Source of the DNA: Octopus vulgaris
Taxonomy: Eukaryota
Assembly (NCBI GenBank): GCA_951406725.2
Contig: OX597817.1
Location: forward strand, 90,272,001 to 90,336,000
DNA length: 64,000 nucleotides
Direction of reading: 5' to 3'
The notes under the pieces are model-generated. The model made no database searches and was not told the DNA's origin. It was given only the letters and a program-made list of their open reading frames with translations. Both the position numbers and the translations under genes were made by a program. This document shows, piece by piece, positions 28,770-43,876 of the stretch (the first letter of the stretch is position 1; each line of letters begins with the position of its first letter).

Positions 28770-30520
28770 CAGGCATCTTTCAGTTTCCATCCACAAAATC
28801 TGTTCACAAGACTTCAGTTGACCTGAGGCTGTAGTAGAAGACACTTACCCAAGGTGCTATGCAGTGGGACTGAACATGGAACCATGTGGTTGGGAAGCAA
28901 GCTTCTTACCACACAGTCATATATATGTTTGCAAACATTAATTGAAGGTTATCATTTTGAAATAATTTTAAGAATAAAGATAAAATATTTTATTTACTGG
29001 TGGAGATATTCAGTATTAAAATTGAAGTAAACTTTAAAATAAAATTCATTTCGATTGGGACTTTTTAAGATTTACCTGACTGCTTATTCAACTAGAGTGT
29101 TTGAATAATGTGTGCATGCATGTGTATGAGTGTGTGTCCATATGCATGTATGTACATGCATTCATACATGTACATGTATGTATATATGTGTACACATAAC
29201 TATATATATGTGTGCATGTGTATATGTCTGAGTGTACATATAAATAAATTATATGAAGTCTTTGTAAATTTATGCTCTGAACAAAGCAGATATTAGTTAA
29301 TATATGTAGTAGAATTGTTATGTTTATTCATTCATCACAGTTAAATGTATCCACCACTTAGAGTTTGTTGCTAGACTCTGACATTGAACTGGCAGCATTT
29401 GTCAATTGGAATTTCAATGAAGAAAATGCCATAAAGCAAATGCTTGGTCAGTGTAAGACTTTAAGTAATACACACACCTGTACACTCATCAAAACACACT
29501 CTGATACACATATGGATATGTACTTACAAATATGTACACACACACATACACAAAATTACACATGTCCTTGTCATCTAGAGACACATAGACACTAGCACAC
29601 ATACAGTTGCAGATATAGACACACATACACATTTGCAGATATACACAAACAAATACAAATACAGCATGCATATTCTTACATATGTGCAATGGTACATACA
29701 CACATACACATACACACACATGCATACATACAAAACACACTTGTGCACACACACAGACACACACATACACTCTCTCATTTATTTGCAGATATGCAGATAT
29801 GCATGCACACACACACACACAAATAAATAGAAAAACATTAATATTACAACAAATTAAGGTAAAATAGCTAAAAACCATCAAAACAATAATAAATCTATGT
29901 TGAAAACCAACAACAAGAAAAATAAATGCTTAGAAGATCGAACCACCAGTTCCATCATTTAAAACCAAACATTGAAGAATTTGGAGAAAATCTTAAACAA
30001 TTACAGGAATCAATTAAAGAAATAGAAACAAAAACCTTCTTATGGAAAATAGTGAAAAGCTTTTATTGTGAATATTATTCTTTTGTTTGATTTTGTCATT
30101 GAATCATGATAATCCTTATTTTTGTTAAAACTTATTAAAATGTGATTTACTGAGCAAACAATGACAGTGGCAATAACAACAGCAACAACAGGATTAATAG
30201 GATTATCAATATTTAGACGATTAAGCGCCGTGTGACAGCGGTTGAGTTGGTAAGAATGTTGTTATTTTTGTTTAGAAATGAAGATTCCTGTTTTAAATTT
30301 TTGCAGTGTAAGGCTGTGGATAGGCATTCATGAATACAAAGCTTGTTAAAATATAACCAAAATATCAAAATTAATATACAGGTAGAGGTATGGTGGTGTG
30401 GTTCAGAAGTTCACTTTGCAACTAAGTGGTTTTAGGTTCAGTCCTGCAGCATGGTAGCTTAGGCAAGTGTCTTCTATTATATCACTGGACCAACCAAAGT
30501 TTTATGAGGAGTTTTGTTGT

Positions 30521-30565
<45 letters not shown>

Positions 30566-31558
30566 CAACGGGCTTCTTTCAGTTTCCATCTACCAAATCC
30601 ACTCACAAGGGTTTGTTTGGCCCGCAGCTATAGTAGAAGACACTTGCCCAAGGTGCCAAGCAGTGGGACTGAACCCAGAACCACATGACACCTAGGCAAA
30701 TTTCTTAACCACCTCCCTGCCAGTGCAATGTAGATGTAAATATTAAAAAAAATTTTCTCATCTATTGCAATAAACTTAATAACTTGAACTATTATAATCA
30801 TGTTAACGACATATCTCTGTGCAGACATTTAATTAAAATTTACTGTGAAGCTGTGCATGTATATATTCAACAACAAGACACTTGGTGACGACTGGAGAAC
30901 AAAACCAATCAAATTGAAGTGTCAATGTAATTATTGATTTTTAATGCAAGCACATGATTTCAAATCTGAAGGAGGTGTATAACAGGTTATATCAATCCCA
31001 GTACATGATTGGTACTTGATTTTATCAACATCAGAAAGATGAAAGACAAAATTGATGTTGGCAGGTTTTGAACTCAGAATGTAAAGAGTTATAACCAAGT
31101 GTTGCAAAACATTTGGACTAATGCTTTAACAATTCTGCAACCAGTAGCATAGTCTTAGTGTTGATGTAAATATTAAGTGCACAATATATTGATGACTCTA
31201 TTGATGAAGCTGAAAGTTTAGGAAAAAACTATATTCTTATTCAAGACGTTTAAACATTTAATTAATAATAAAATAATTTTATTAGTAGTAGGTTCAAAGA
31301 CAGTGACCTGGCAGAATCATTAGCATGCCAGGCAAAATGCTTAGCAACATTTCATCTGTCTTTACATTCTGAGTTCAATTCCACCTTTCATCCTTATGGG
31401 GTTGATAAAATAAGTACCAGTTGAGTACTGGGATTGGTGTAATTGACTTATTCCTCCCCCCAAAATTGCTGGCCTTGTGCTGAAAGTTGAAAACATTATT
31501 AGTAGGCTTAAAGGCAGTGAGCTGGTAGGACTGTTAGTATGTTAGACAAAATGCTTAA

Positions 31559-31780
31559 CCCTTTTGATGCCAACCCAGCTAAAACCACCTCTGGCTCTGT
31601 AGTAGGAATGTCTTGTTTTCAAAAGTTCTGAATTCAAATTTTCCATCAAAACTTGGCCACAATTTATGTTCCTAACACTAGCTTAATGATAACTAAGTTA
31701 TTTTACTAAATTCTTTGTTATATTTTAAATTAATTGAAAGAAACCCAGAGCATCTCAACAGAAATATAGTAACAAAAGGG
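31559..31780. mobile_element. piggyBac-type MITE nested in a SINE
   Basis: TTAA|CCCTTTTGATGC ... GTAACAAAAGGG|TTAA. The host SINE sequence resumes on either side. Confidence 0.85.
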
Positions 31781-32813
31781 TTAATGGCATTTCATCTGTC
31801 TTTACATTTTGTGTTCAAATTCTGCCAAAGCTAACTTTGCCTTTTATCCTTTAAGGGTCAATAAAATAAGTACCAGTGATGTATTGGGTTCAGTGCAGTC
31901 AACTTTATCCTCCCCTCAAAAACTGTTGGCTCTGTATCAAAATCTGAAAGCATTGTTAGTAAGTTAAGAAAGCTGTCGTTTTTTTGTAATTTTGGAAAAT
32001 TCTTGTTGAGAAATTGCATGCTGAAATATTATATCTTGGAAGGATCATAATGCCAATAAGAAACACATGCATTAGTTCCAATTCAATCCTTTCCAATATT
32101 ATTATCATTAAGCTAATTAACTACTTAACCAATTACTTAATTTCTTCATTAATCATTCAATCAATCAGTCAATCAACTGGCATATTAGAGTTATTTTTTT
32201 ATCATTCATTAGTGATATGTCTTTGTTATTCCAGATCTGTCCTTTTGTTTCCAAACTTTCTTTAGAAAGTTTCTTCTTCTTCTTCTTCTTCTTCTTCTTC
32301 TTCTTCTTCTTCTTCTTCCTCCTCCTCCTCCTCCTCCTCCTCCTCCTCCTCCTCCTCCTCCTCCTCCTTCTTCTTCTTCTTCTTCTTCTTCTTCTTCTTC
32401 TTTTTCTTCTTCTTCTTCTTCTCTTTTACTTGTTTCAGTCATTTGACTGTGGCCATGCTGGAGCACCACCTTTAGTCAAACAATTTGACCCCAGGACTTA
32501 TTCTTTGTAAGCCTAGTACTTATTCTATCGGTCTCTTTATTATGATTATTATTATTATTTGGCTTGTATCAAGTTTGGTCTTATTTCTGATAAGGATTCT
32601 GTAGATAGTGGGTTACTACCTGTGACATTAGGTATCAACAAGCTTTCAGCAGTCTTTCAACTGCTCAAGACCCCCACCCCTGATAAACTTTGCTGTCCTT
32701 AAGAGAAAAACTTTTTGCAGGAGCTCTACTGGGCATTCTATTTCAATATCCCCCACCCACTGGTCTATATTATAACCTGGTGTATACTATTATTATTATT
32801 ATTATTATTATTA

Positions 32814-32852
<39 letters not shown>

Positions 32853-32874
32853 ATCATTCTGAAAGTTATTATAA

Positions 32875-33360
32875 ATGACTACCCGTCTGATAAGGGTACA
32901 CCAGGCACATGCATCACAACCATATGTGCGCAACATGGTGATCTCATATCAAGATAAACAGAACATGACCTTGCAGGTGGGGCCCAGTTAGAAATTTCTT
33001 CAGGTTGAGCAGCCCATCCCGCTCAAAAGGTCCCTGAATAAGGGTTGTTTAAGGATGTTGAAAGAACCACCCATGTTTCCAGAGGTGAATTATTCAAAGC
33101 CCAAAGAATCCCTCTCAACACATGGCTATGATGCTCCCCCACTACTTCTGCTCGTGATCAGAGATGCACATATCGTCAGCCACTAAGGGACATGCTCAAC
33201 TGGTTATGGTCAAACAACTGACAAGCATATCTGTGGTATTGAGCAGAATATTTGCTGTAGCCCATCTTTTATACCAAGACAAAACAATGTACATGATAAC
33301 ACTTCCAATCAGTTAAGATCAGAAGCCATGAGAGCCACTGCCTGGTACTGCATCAGGGCA
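32875..33360 (-). mobile_element. unclassified ~500-bp interspersed repeat in (TAA)n tracts
   Basis: A closely similar copy lies at 55275-55710. There is no ORF and no obvious tRNA head. The strand is inferred from the TAA tail. Confidence 0.7.
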
Positions 33361-33476
<116 letters not shown>

Positions 33477-33479
33477 ATC

Positions 33480-34363
33480 ATCATTCTGAAAGTCTCTTGG
33501 ATAGTTCTCAATTGCTGGTTGTTATTTACTTCAAAGCAGGCAATAACAAATCACCAGTTTCAAGTAGTGCCTTCTCTTGTAACTCAAAGAAACAATACTC
33601 TCCTTAGAATGCAAGGTGTACCCAACAATGTTGTGTTCTGGATAACTTTGAGCCTGACAGCAGCTCCAATATTCTTAATATGTTTTTCAAAGCTTTTGGA
33701 AACTGCTTCTAATGCTCCAATTACCACCAGTATCACCTTTACTTTCCTCATGCCCCGTAACTTTCCTATCTCATCCTGCACTGGCTGGTATTTCTCACTC
33801 TTTTCTGTTTCCTTGCACTTCACCCTCGATTTGCCTGGTATTGCAACATCTATTATCTTTGCTTCTTTTTCATCTTTATGGATGATCACATTATCTGGCC
33901 ATCTTGCCTCTATGACTTGGTTGCACTGTATGTTAAGATCCCAGAGTATTTTGTAATGTTCATTTTCCATTACTCCCTATGGCTTGTGTTCATACCATTG
34001 TTTGGCTCTCTCGAGGTTTCCTTTACCACACAACGGCCAGTGGACATATCTGGCCACATTGTCATGTCTTCTTCTGTATTTGCATTGTGCGAGCTTACAG
34101 CACTCACTAACAATATGGCTTATACTTTCTCCCTTCTCAGAGCACATCCTACACTGTGGCAAGTTGGCACTTTTATCAATGTGATATTTGGAGTAGTTTG
34201 TTCTGAGAACTTGTTCTTGAGCGTTGCACACTAATGCCCCAGTGGGCCCTTTTAAGTCTCCTTTCTGCAGCCATTGCCAGGTTCTATTCCAATCAATGTC
34301 ATCTTTATTCTCAAAGAACTGACTGTGCATTTTCTTGTCCTGCCAAATCTTCTTCATCAGCAA
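33480..34363 (-). mobile_element. R4/Dong-like non-LTR retrotransposon 3' fragment (zinc knuckle plus restriction-like endonuclease)
   Basis: CRMC..ESISHIVSEC..YRRRHDNVA, ILWD..I.ARWPD.VI..IIDVAIP..K.EKYQ and VVIGALEAV. The 3' end abuts (TAA)n. Confidence 0.85.
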
Positions 34364-35399
34364 ACAAATTTAGTGTGTAAATAGTGAAATAAGGCAAGAG
34401 AGAGGGGTAGCAGTGGTGGCCACTGTCTTAGAAAAATCATTTTCATAGTTTTATTTCTTTAACGTATAGTTGTTTTAATTTGGTTTAATTAAAAGAGGAA
34501 AGTGCAGTACCTATGACCTTTTACAGGGCGTTATAGAAAGGTAGAGGAAAGGGTGAAAATTTTCTTAGAACTGAGGCATACAACTGAGAAAATATCACTA
34601 AGGCATTCAGGGACCAGGTGATAGTGTTAAACTGGGTTCAGAAAAGGCAGAATTATTCTTGATACTTAACTAATGATCAATAACAATGTCTTATCATATA
34701 ATGAGGTCATATGATCTGCTAGAAAAAACAACCAAATTTCACTCAAATAATACCATACAGTATTTTAAAACTCTTTCATTACCATATCTCTAATGAAACT
34801 CTTAGCTTCTGTGTTTCAATTAATTTTGAACACAATCAAGAATTTAGACTTCAAATTTTTCTTTAGTAAGCTTATGAATGGGTTTTAATGGGGTTTTTAT
34901 AGGAAACTGTAACAGAAAGTTTTAGTTTAAATATAAACCTTTTAAAACAGCAAGAAATGGTTAAAGAACATCGTATAATGTACTCCAAAATACACTAGGT
35001 TTTAGTGCCACCAAAATAAAAGATATAATGGTCATCATAAATACATACTGTAGTGTTAGATACCTCACATGATTTACATAAATTTCTTTATCGTATAACA
35101 ACAGTGAATGGACAGGTAATCAATATATTTCACATGATTATTAGATCAATGAAGGGAACTTAGTAATTCAATTGACTAAGGATTCTGGAGATAATGAACC
35201 TCTAGGAACTGTGACTTTGTTTGAATAAACATTTTATAGTGGAACTATATTCATGCATCTGAATAAATACATTATGGTTTTGTTATATTTATGGCTGGAA
35301 TGCTTTTGATCATTGGTTTGTGGGATCAGAACTGAACTGGGACTAAACAGTAACAATATTTACCTTATTATTCCTTGTGATCATCATCATCATCATCAG

Positions 35400-35453
<54 letters not shown>

Positions 35454-35505
35454 CATTATTATTATTATTATTATTATCATTTTCATTATTATTATTATAA
35501 TAATA

Positions 35506-35552
<47 letters not shown>

Positions 35553-35617
35553 GATGATGATTATTATTATTATCATTTTCATTATTATTTTTATTATTAT
35601 TATTATTATTTTTATTA

Positions 35618-35669
<52 letters not shown>

Positions 35670-36774
35670 AGTAGCGAGTTAGAAGAATCATTATCATGTT
35701 GGACAAAATATTTAGTCGCATTTTTTTCTATTGAAAGGGTTAAGCTTTGAGTTTAAGTTCCACTGAAACTTAGTCTTTCACTGATTTGGGGTTGATAAAA
35801 TAAATACTAGTTGAACATTAGAGTCACTGTAATCCACTATCCCCCATATCTAAAAATCTAAAATGTTCTGGCCTTGTTGTTGTATGTCTTCAGTAGTTTC
35901 ATGTGAGCTTTTCTTGTACCGCTGTCGTTCTTGTGTTATATGTACAGTGTAAATTTTTTTTAGTGCATGGAAAGATGCTATGGTGGAATGTGTGTTGCTA
36001 TTTCACGTTGCATTGTTCCAGTGTTGCGGATGTTTGTTGCAAAATGTTTTATAGTAATAGGGTGAGGTGGTCATGTAGAATGCATTGTATTAATTTAGTG
36101 GGAGGTGACTGTACAGAGTGTATATATTGTGTGGGTTGTGTTAAACTATTAGAACAGTAGTGGTGTAGAATAAGTGTGCTGTGAGAGCTATATTATAGTA
36201 GTGGATCAGAACAAGAGATACTGGATCTGACATTCATTCTTTGTGGCACAGTAAATACAGTGGCAAGCACAGACAGGACCAACACCAACTCTTTGGTCTT
36301 TGTCTGATCATCCACGTCCACAAAGACCACAAAACTATCCTGATGTTATACATTGTTGTGGGAGCAGAGAGGGTTGAATTATGTTTGTAGTACAATGCAG
36401 AAGGCTGGCCCAGTTGCTACATGTGTAGGTATAAACTTCACCTACAGGCCTTCTGCCCAGATATGGAAAGGAAAAACAATAAAATGTGGGTAAGATAAGA
36501 CGAAAGCAGAAATAACAGCAACAACAACAGCAAGAACCTGAAAGTGAATACCGAATACCATAGTTGCCGCTGCTTTTTCCACTGACTGTACCTTTGAAGA
36601 CAACCAAATCTAATGAAAAGGTAGGGCACTAAAAAGGCAACAAATCTCCCACCCCAGCACAGGTCGTGTGTAACAACAGTTACACAGCACCATCTTGGAG
36701 CAATGTGGAGGAAATGGAGACTTTAGAAAGGTAGAAAACAATAGGGAACAATAAAAAAGAAATTGGTATCAAAA

Positions 36775-36940
36775 AATAAATAATAATAATGAAATTATTG
36801 TATATAGTGCTCAGGTGCACCACAACTTGTCAAAAGTGTGTATAAAGCATATGCAGTAATGTAAAAATGTCTGGAAAGTGAACAGTGTATGAGTCAGGTG
36901 TAGTGTTGGTGAATCTCAGGAAGCATGGAAGTTTTGAAGA
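36775..36940 (-). mobile_element. LINE 3'-tail relic (CR1/L2-like)
   Basis: Minus strand ..CTTTTGACAAGTTGTGGTGCACCTGAGCACTATATACAATAATTTC is followed by a (ATT)n tail. Confidence 0.4.
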
Positions 36941-37442
36941 AAGAAACAATAATAAAAAAAAATGCATAACAGGTAAGAGGCTGAAAGATCATCATAAACA
37001 AGTGTACATCCACCTGGAGTGTCACTTCTTTATGGTAATCTGAAGATGTTGTCACAGAATATTTGATTAGAGTAGATGAACTACATAGTGGCTGCTTGAG
37101 GACAAAATGGTGGATGAGTACTACAATAATCAAGAAGGTTTGAAAATTGTTGAAGACTACATCAGTGGTGTATATTGGCAGCTAAGGGAACACTGCCCAG
37201 AAAGAAGCTTTGTGGGCTGGCTAATGCCAGAAAAATGCTCATGTTCTATTCTGGAAGAGTGAGTTTACAGAATATGATCAAAGAAAAATGGGATTAGAGT
37301 CGGTATTGACTTTACCATTCATACATTTTGGGTTGACAAAAAATTACCTGATAATGGTGTATAGATTCAACCAACCATATCATCCTATCAAAAGGCATGC
37401 TAATGTTAGAAATTCTTATATTCTCCCCCTTCTCCTTCTCCA

Positions 37443-37473
<31 letters not shown>

Positions 37474-38365
37474 GCTGTTGTTGTTGTTGTTAACAACAAC
37501 AGTAACAATAAAATGATTTGTAATTTTTCTGAACAAACAAGTGAAAATTGCAGACCTCATACACATCAAAGAATACTTCAACTCTCTTGAGATGCCTAGG
37601 AGCTTGAAGAGGGAAAAAAGAAATTATTTCATCCAAGCAAAGGATAAGCCAGAAATACATTTTTCACTTATGTTAGCCATGGGCAGCGTCCCGATATTTG
37701 TTCAGCAGCTGTTTAGCTTGTGCAATAAATTTAAAATTTATTTAATGCAGAGGAAGATATATGTCTTCTCCATAACATACAGTGTATCCCAGTCTATAAA
37801 ATATCTGTATTAATTCTTATTGATGCAGAACATTTCTAATGTGTTTAGATTCTACTGTTTTACTATGTCACTGGTACTTTGTTTTATGGGACCAAGCTAG
37901 GAACCTGTAGTAGTGCAGCACAGTACAAGGTAAGAGGTAGAACAAGGTTGGTGTCGGAGAGGATAAAGCAGAGCCAGCAGGATGGTGTAAAAACAACACA
38001 ATGCAGGGCTGAGAAAGACAATGCTTGGCAATGCATGTCATAGTAATACAGCTCAGCTCAGAGCAAATCATAGGAGAAAGTGGAGTAGGCTGAGATAGAG
38101 TGGTACAGAGTAAGGATGTACAGTGCCAAGTAGTACAGAGCTGATCTGGGATTGTAAGACCAGACCAACTAGAGGAGGTAGATGTAGATTATGTGGAAAG
38201 GCAAGCTTATTAGTTTCACATATATTTACTTTTGATAGATACACACACACACATATATATATATAGTAACCAAGAAAATCTACCAACTTCATTGTGTGTG
38301 TCTGGGAGTGAGGGTTCATTTTATCATCATCATCATCCTTATTATTATTATTAATATTATTGTTG

Positions 38366-38405
<40 letters not shown>

Positions 38406-39316
38406 ACATCCATTGTTTGTTGTTATTAAGGTGACGGGCTGGTAGAATTGGTAGCACGCTGGGCAAAATGCTTCTGGGCAGCATTGTGCCTATCTCTACA
38501 TCCTAAGTTTAAATTCCACCGAGGTTGACTTTGTCTTTCATCCTTTCAGAGTAAATAAATTAAGTACCAGTGAAACACTAACTAGTCCGCCCCACTGAAA
38601 TTTCAGGCCTTGTGCCTATAGTAGAAAGGATCATGATCATTATTATTGAAGATATTGCACAGTACCCAATACTCTGATGTTGTAGATTGAAGATATTGTG
38701 TGCACTGGGAGGGGGGTATTATCATTGTTGTTGTTGTTGCTATTGCGCATTTTCAGTAGTTTCATGTGATCCTTTTGTACACCTCTGTTGTGCTCAAGTT
38801 ATACGTACAGTATTGTTTTTTAGTTTCCTTGTTGATTGTTGTGAAAGCTATAATAATTAATAGGGAGATTTGTGTAGAATGTGTGTTGTGTGGGTTTGTG
38901 TTAGTGTATTGGAGAGATGGTGGCGATTTACATACAAATACATCTTATGTCATTTGTATTATAGTATCTGGAATTGACTGTGTCTGAGTTCAAATACCAT
39001 CAAAATCAATTTCATCTCTCTGGTGGTCAATAAAAAAAAGTATCAATCAGGTAGTATAGGAGTTGATGGACTGAACTTGTGCCTCAAGAAGAAACCTCCT
39101 CCTCCTTGATATTACTGTTGCTTTTGTGCAAAAAGGTTTCACAATAAAAATACATAAAATACATAAGAAGAAAAATATCTTTCAGAACTAGATTTAAAAG
39201 TATTGCTGTTATTGTTGCTTTTGTTGTTACTAATGCTATTGTCAACACTGTTGACATTGCATAATTATTCAGTAATAAAATTACACCAATAGAGTTTTCT
39301 CTTTCTTTCCCTTGCA

Positions 39317-39356
<40 letters not shown>

Positions 39357-40324
39357 ACGCCTTTTCTGATTCCTCTCCCTCTCTTCCACTTACTCTCTCT
39401 CTCTGTTTCCTCCCACGCATTCTGACTTTTCTTCTCTCTCTGTGTCACTCTTTACTATTTTTTACTTTAGAAAATGACCACAAAAATGTGTATGTAGGTG
39501 AAAGTAAAGGAAATAAATACACATGCACACACATGCATAAACATCAGTGTAATAACTTCATGAATTTACAAAGCATATATCTGTGTGTGTGTATATGTGC
39601 AAGGGAGTATAATCACATGTATACTTACATGCACACATGAGAAAAGATTCACACATATACATGCACATATAGATGTACACACACATATATACATATGCAT
39701 ATATGTGTGTGTGTGTGAGAGAGAGCATGAGAGAGAGAGGGAGGGAATTTATTAATGGTTTTATTCGTGTTTAAACTTGAAAATTAAAATCATTTAAAAA
39801 TTTTTTCAATCTTTCAAAACAAAACCAAGAAATTTGAAAATAATTTATTTTTCAAGTTCAAATGTGAAACCATAAACTCTCACTCAGTCATACTCATATA
39901 TATATGGATATATGTTTATACATATGTGTATGTATATGTGATATATATATATATATATAATACGCACACACACACACTGATAGATAGATCAAGAGATAGA
40001 TAGATAGATATACCTATTATATACATAACTATGTATATATATATATAGCATAAAGGTAATATATAAAGAACAAAGTTTGTGAAATATGCCGCTTGTTTAA
40101 TGTTTCAGAGGGAGACACATACATGCATACACACACACACACATATTATATATAGATACATACATACTTACATACACACTTCATTATCACTCTTTCTTTA
40201 TATATATGTATGTATAGACACATTTATCTGTACAGACACAAAATATATACACACACATACCCATATATATATATATACATATATACACACCATATATGTA
40301 TACACACACTACACAAAATATGTA

Positions 40325-40375
<51 letters not shown>

Positions 40376-41191
40376 TTATATATAAATATATATACACACA
40401 TACATGCATACATATATATATACACACACACATGCAAACACGCACACAAATATATCCATATTTCTTTATGTGTGTGCACATACATACATATATATGCATA
40501 TACAAACATATATATGCATATGCATACAAACACACGCCGGTATGAATATACATGTGCACACATATGCATGTTTCTATATGTGAGTTTATGTGTACATGTG
40601 TGTGTATGTGTGTGTGCATGTGTATGTGTATGAGTGCATGTGTGTGTGTGTCTGAGCATGTATGAGTATGTACATATCTAGAGGCCAACACATAAAACAA
40701 TTTTGGGACAGTCTTTTAGATGACAATAACTGATAACATTAAGCAGACAACATAACAATACCCTGAGGACTGCTTGGGACTCACTAAATTTCATAACCAA
40801 TTGATAATATTATGTGATATTATTAGTGACTTGTGCAATATATGTGTTTATGTATATATTGGAATATGTGTGTGTTTGTGTGTGCATACAGATGTATAAC
40901 TACGTATGCTCACTCAAAGTGAGTGTATATATGCATGTGTGAGTAATCAACGAAACAGCTTTAAGTGAATATAAATCAACTTTGTCAAACACATAACCTG
41001 TTTTGTATTTGTACTTGTTTCGTACTTTTGTATATCTCTTTCTGTGTCTCAAAACTACCTCACTTTTCTCTCTTTCTCTCTCTTGCTTTCACACACACAC
41101 ACATATTCATAATATATATATATATATATATGCATATATATATATATGCATATATATATACACACACATATAATTATAATTATATATATAT

Positions 41192-41244
<53 letters not shown>

Positions 41245-41816
41245 CAGATAGACAGATAGACAGATGTATATAGATATATGTTTACTTATATATAGGTGCA
41301 GATAGATAATTAAACACAAACCAATATATAGTTGTATGTATGTATGTATGTATGTATGCATGCATGCATGTATATATGTGTGTATGTATATGTATGTATA
41401 TATGTATGCATGCATGTATGTAGGTATGTATATAAGTGAGTGTTATTTGGTTAGGTGGTGTGTATATAGCTAAGTGGAAGTGTAAGCCGAAAATGTATGC
41501 TGATAGTATGTAGAATGGTTTTTGCCTACCATGATTGATAGAGATTCCTGGAGAAAGCATGTAGAAACTGTGTACCAATATAGACATCCTTACATATGGT
41601 GAGCCTGTCACTCTGTTACATACACACAAACATACACACTCTCTCACTCTCCCTTTCTCTCACTCTCTTTTTCTCTCCCTCTCCCTAATACTCTCTCACT
41701 CTCTCTCTCTCTTCTGTCATCTTATATCATTGCTTCTCTCTCTCTCACCGTCTCTCTCACTTTCCCTCCTCCCTTCTCTCTCTAGGTGTCATAGTCTGTC
41801 TCTGTATCTGTCTGTC

Positions 41817-41859
<43 letters not shown>

Positions 41860-42992
41860 GACACATTAGTAAACATACAGGTGAACACCAGTGACAGAAG
41901 CAGCTCCGGCTAAATGCAGCAGCCGCAGCAACAGAAGCAGTAGCTGCAGCAACGGCATCAGCAGTGTAAGCAGCTGTTGTCCCTGCAGGGGTACCACCAT
42001 CCCCCTGTGCTTCAATTATCATCCTTTCCACTCCCTCCCTCCCACCCACCACATCAACTCTACTGTCCTCACCACCACCAACAACAACAACACCAACATC
42101 ACTACCACCTCCTCCTTCTCCTCCCCCCTCCACCAGTATTGTAAAGGCCACACAGATTAACCATAACATATAAAAGATTTTCCTGCCATAACGGCAGGTG
42201 GTGGGTGGGGTGCACCGCCAACACTTTGCCTTAGAATATCTCCACCCCCATCTCGACCCTCCCACAACCAACCACCTCACCGATCTTCCTGCTGCAGAAC
42301 TCTTCTCACCTTCTCTCCTCTCTCTCTAAATCTTTATGACTTTAAATTCTACCTCTTCCCCCACCCTTCCTACCTCATTCCCTTTCTTCTCTGCTTTCTT
42401 CTTCACTCCTACTTCTGCCTTTTATTCATATTTTCTTCATGTTCTTCTCTCCTTCTGTTGCTAGAATACACAATCACACACACACATATGCACATACAAA
42501 CATACACATACACTCATACATACAGGTTTGCATATACATGTGCTTACCCATACACATAGATATGCAAACCCAAAGTCTCTCTCTCACTCTCTCTCTCTCT
42601 CTCTCTCTCGCATATGCAAATGCAAACAGATGCAAGCAAGTAGATATGAGTATATATACAAACATGCATGCATATACATACAAACATGCAAATTCATACA
42701 CACACAAACATGCATTAAATGTATGCTTGGTTATAGAAACATTATAGTTATATATATGTGTGTGTGTGTGTTTTATGCTGGGATGAGTTGGGCAGATCAT
42801 CACAGTCCTAGTCTGTTCTTATTCAGTGACTATCCTCCTAGATGGACCAGAGATTGCATCCCATTCATGTTTTAGTTTGGAATTTATACAGGTGCACATA
42901 CAGACACAAGGATGGACACATGCACACACACACACACATACACACATACATAATCATTTAATGTCCATGTTCTATGCTGGCATGCATTGGAC

Positions 42993-43024
<32 letters not shown>

Positions 43025-43842
43025 GATATAGATAGATTGACAGATAGATAGATAAATAAATAGATAGATAGATAGGTAATATATACAGACACAGTTGCAT
43101 ACATGTATAGATATACATACATACATACATACATACATACATACATACATACATACATACATACATACATACATACATAAATAGACATACATACATTCAT
43201 ATCTATTCATACATATATCAGTGACAGATGGCTGTTGTGGTGTGCTACCACACCCAATGCCACCAACTTTCAAGCAGGGGTATAACAAAAGTTTTTCATG
43301 AAGATTTGTGATTAAATTAATGAATTTGCCATTTGTGATGGATGTGCAGCACATACCTAGCACACCTAGAATATACACTCCTGACATACATTCATATACA
43401 TACATACATACATACATACATACATACATACATACATACATACATACATAGATATATACGTACATGCACACACACATAGTCCAAACCATGCCTTCTATAT
43501 GAATATACGTATCTGTATACATACCCATCACTCACAAGTGAAAATGATTTGGTAGCATTCACCGTAAATTTTTTCCTAAATGTTAAAGTGAGCTGACTTG
43601 GAGACTTTCTCTCCTGTCACCGTCGACTTGGTAGAATACTAAGAATAGCTGAACAGAAAGACACATCAGCTGTTGGCATGAATTCACTTTTGGCTGAGTA
43701 GATGAGAACAATGAGAAAAAAATTAAATACCTCTCTCGAGGATAATGCATGCTACCTGATTGAGAAATTTAACTCATGTCTTCATAGTCATGCGTCCAAC
43801 ATCTTGACCATTAGGCGACATACATGTAAAAATATGTGTACG

Positions 43843-43876
<34 letters not shown>

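Noticed and set aside
33120-33235. Possible HDV-like ribozyme on the minus strand of the TAA-associated repeat
   Set aside because: A P1-like pairing (GTCAGTT/GGCTGAC) is present, but no convincing P2 could be built by eye.
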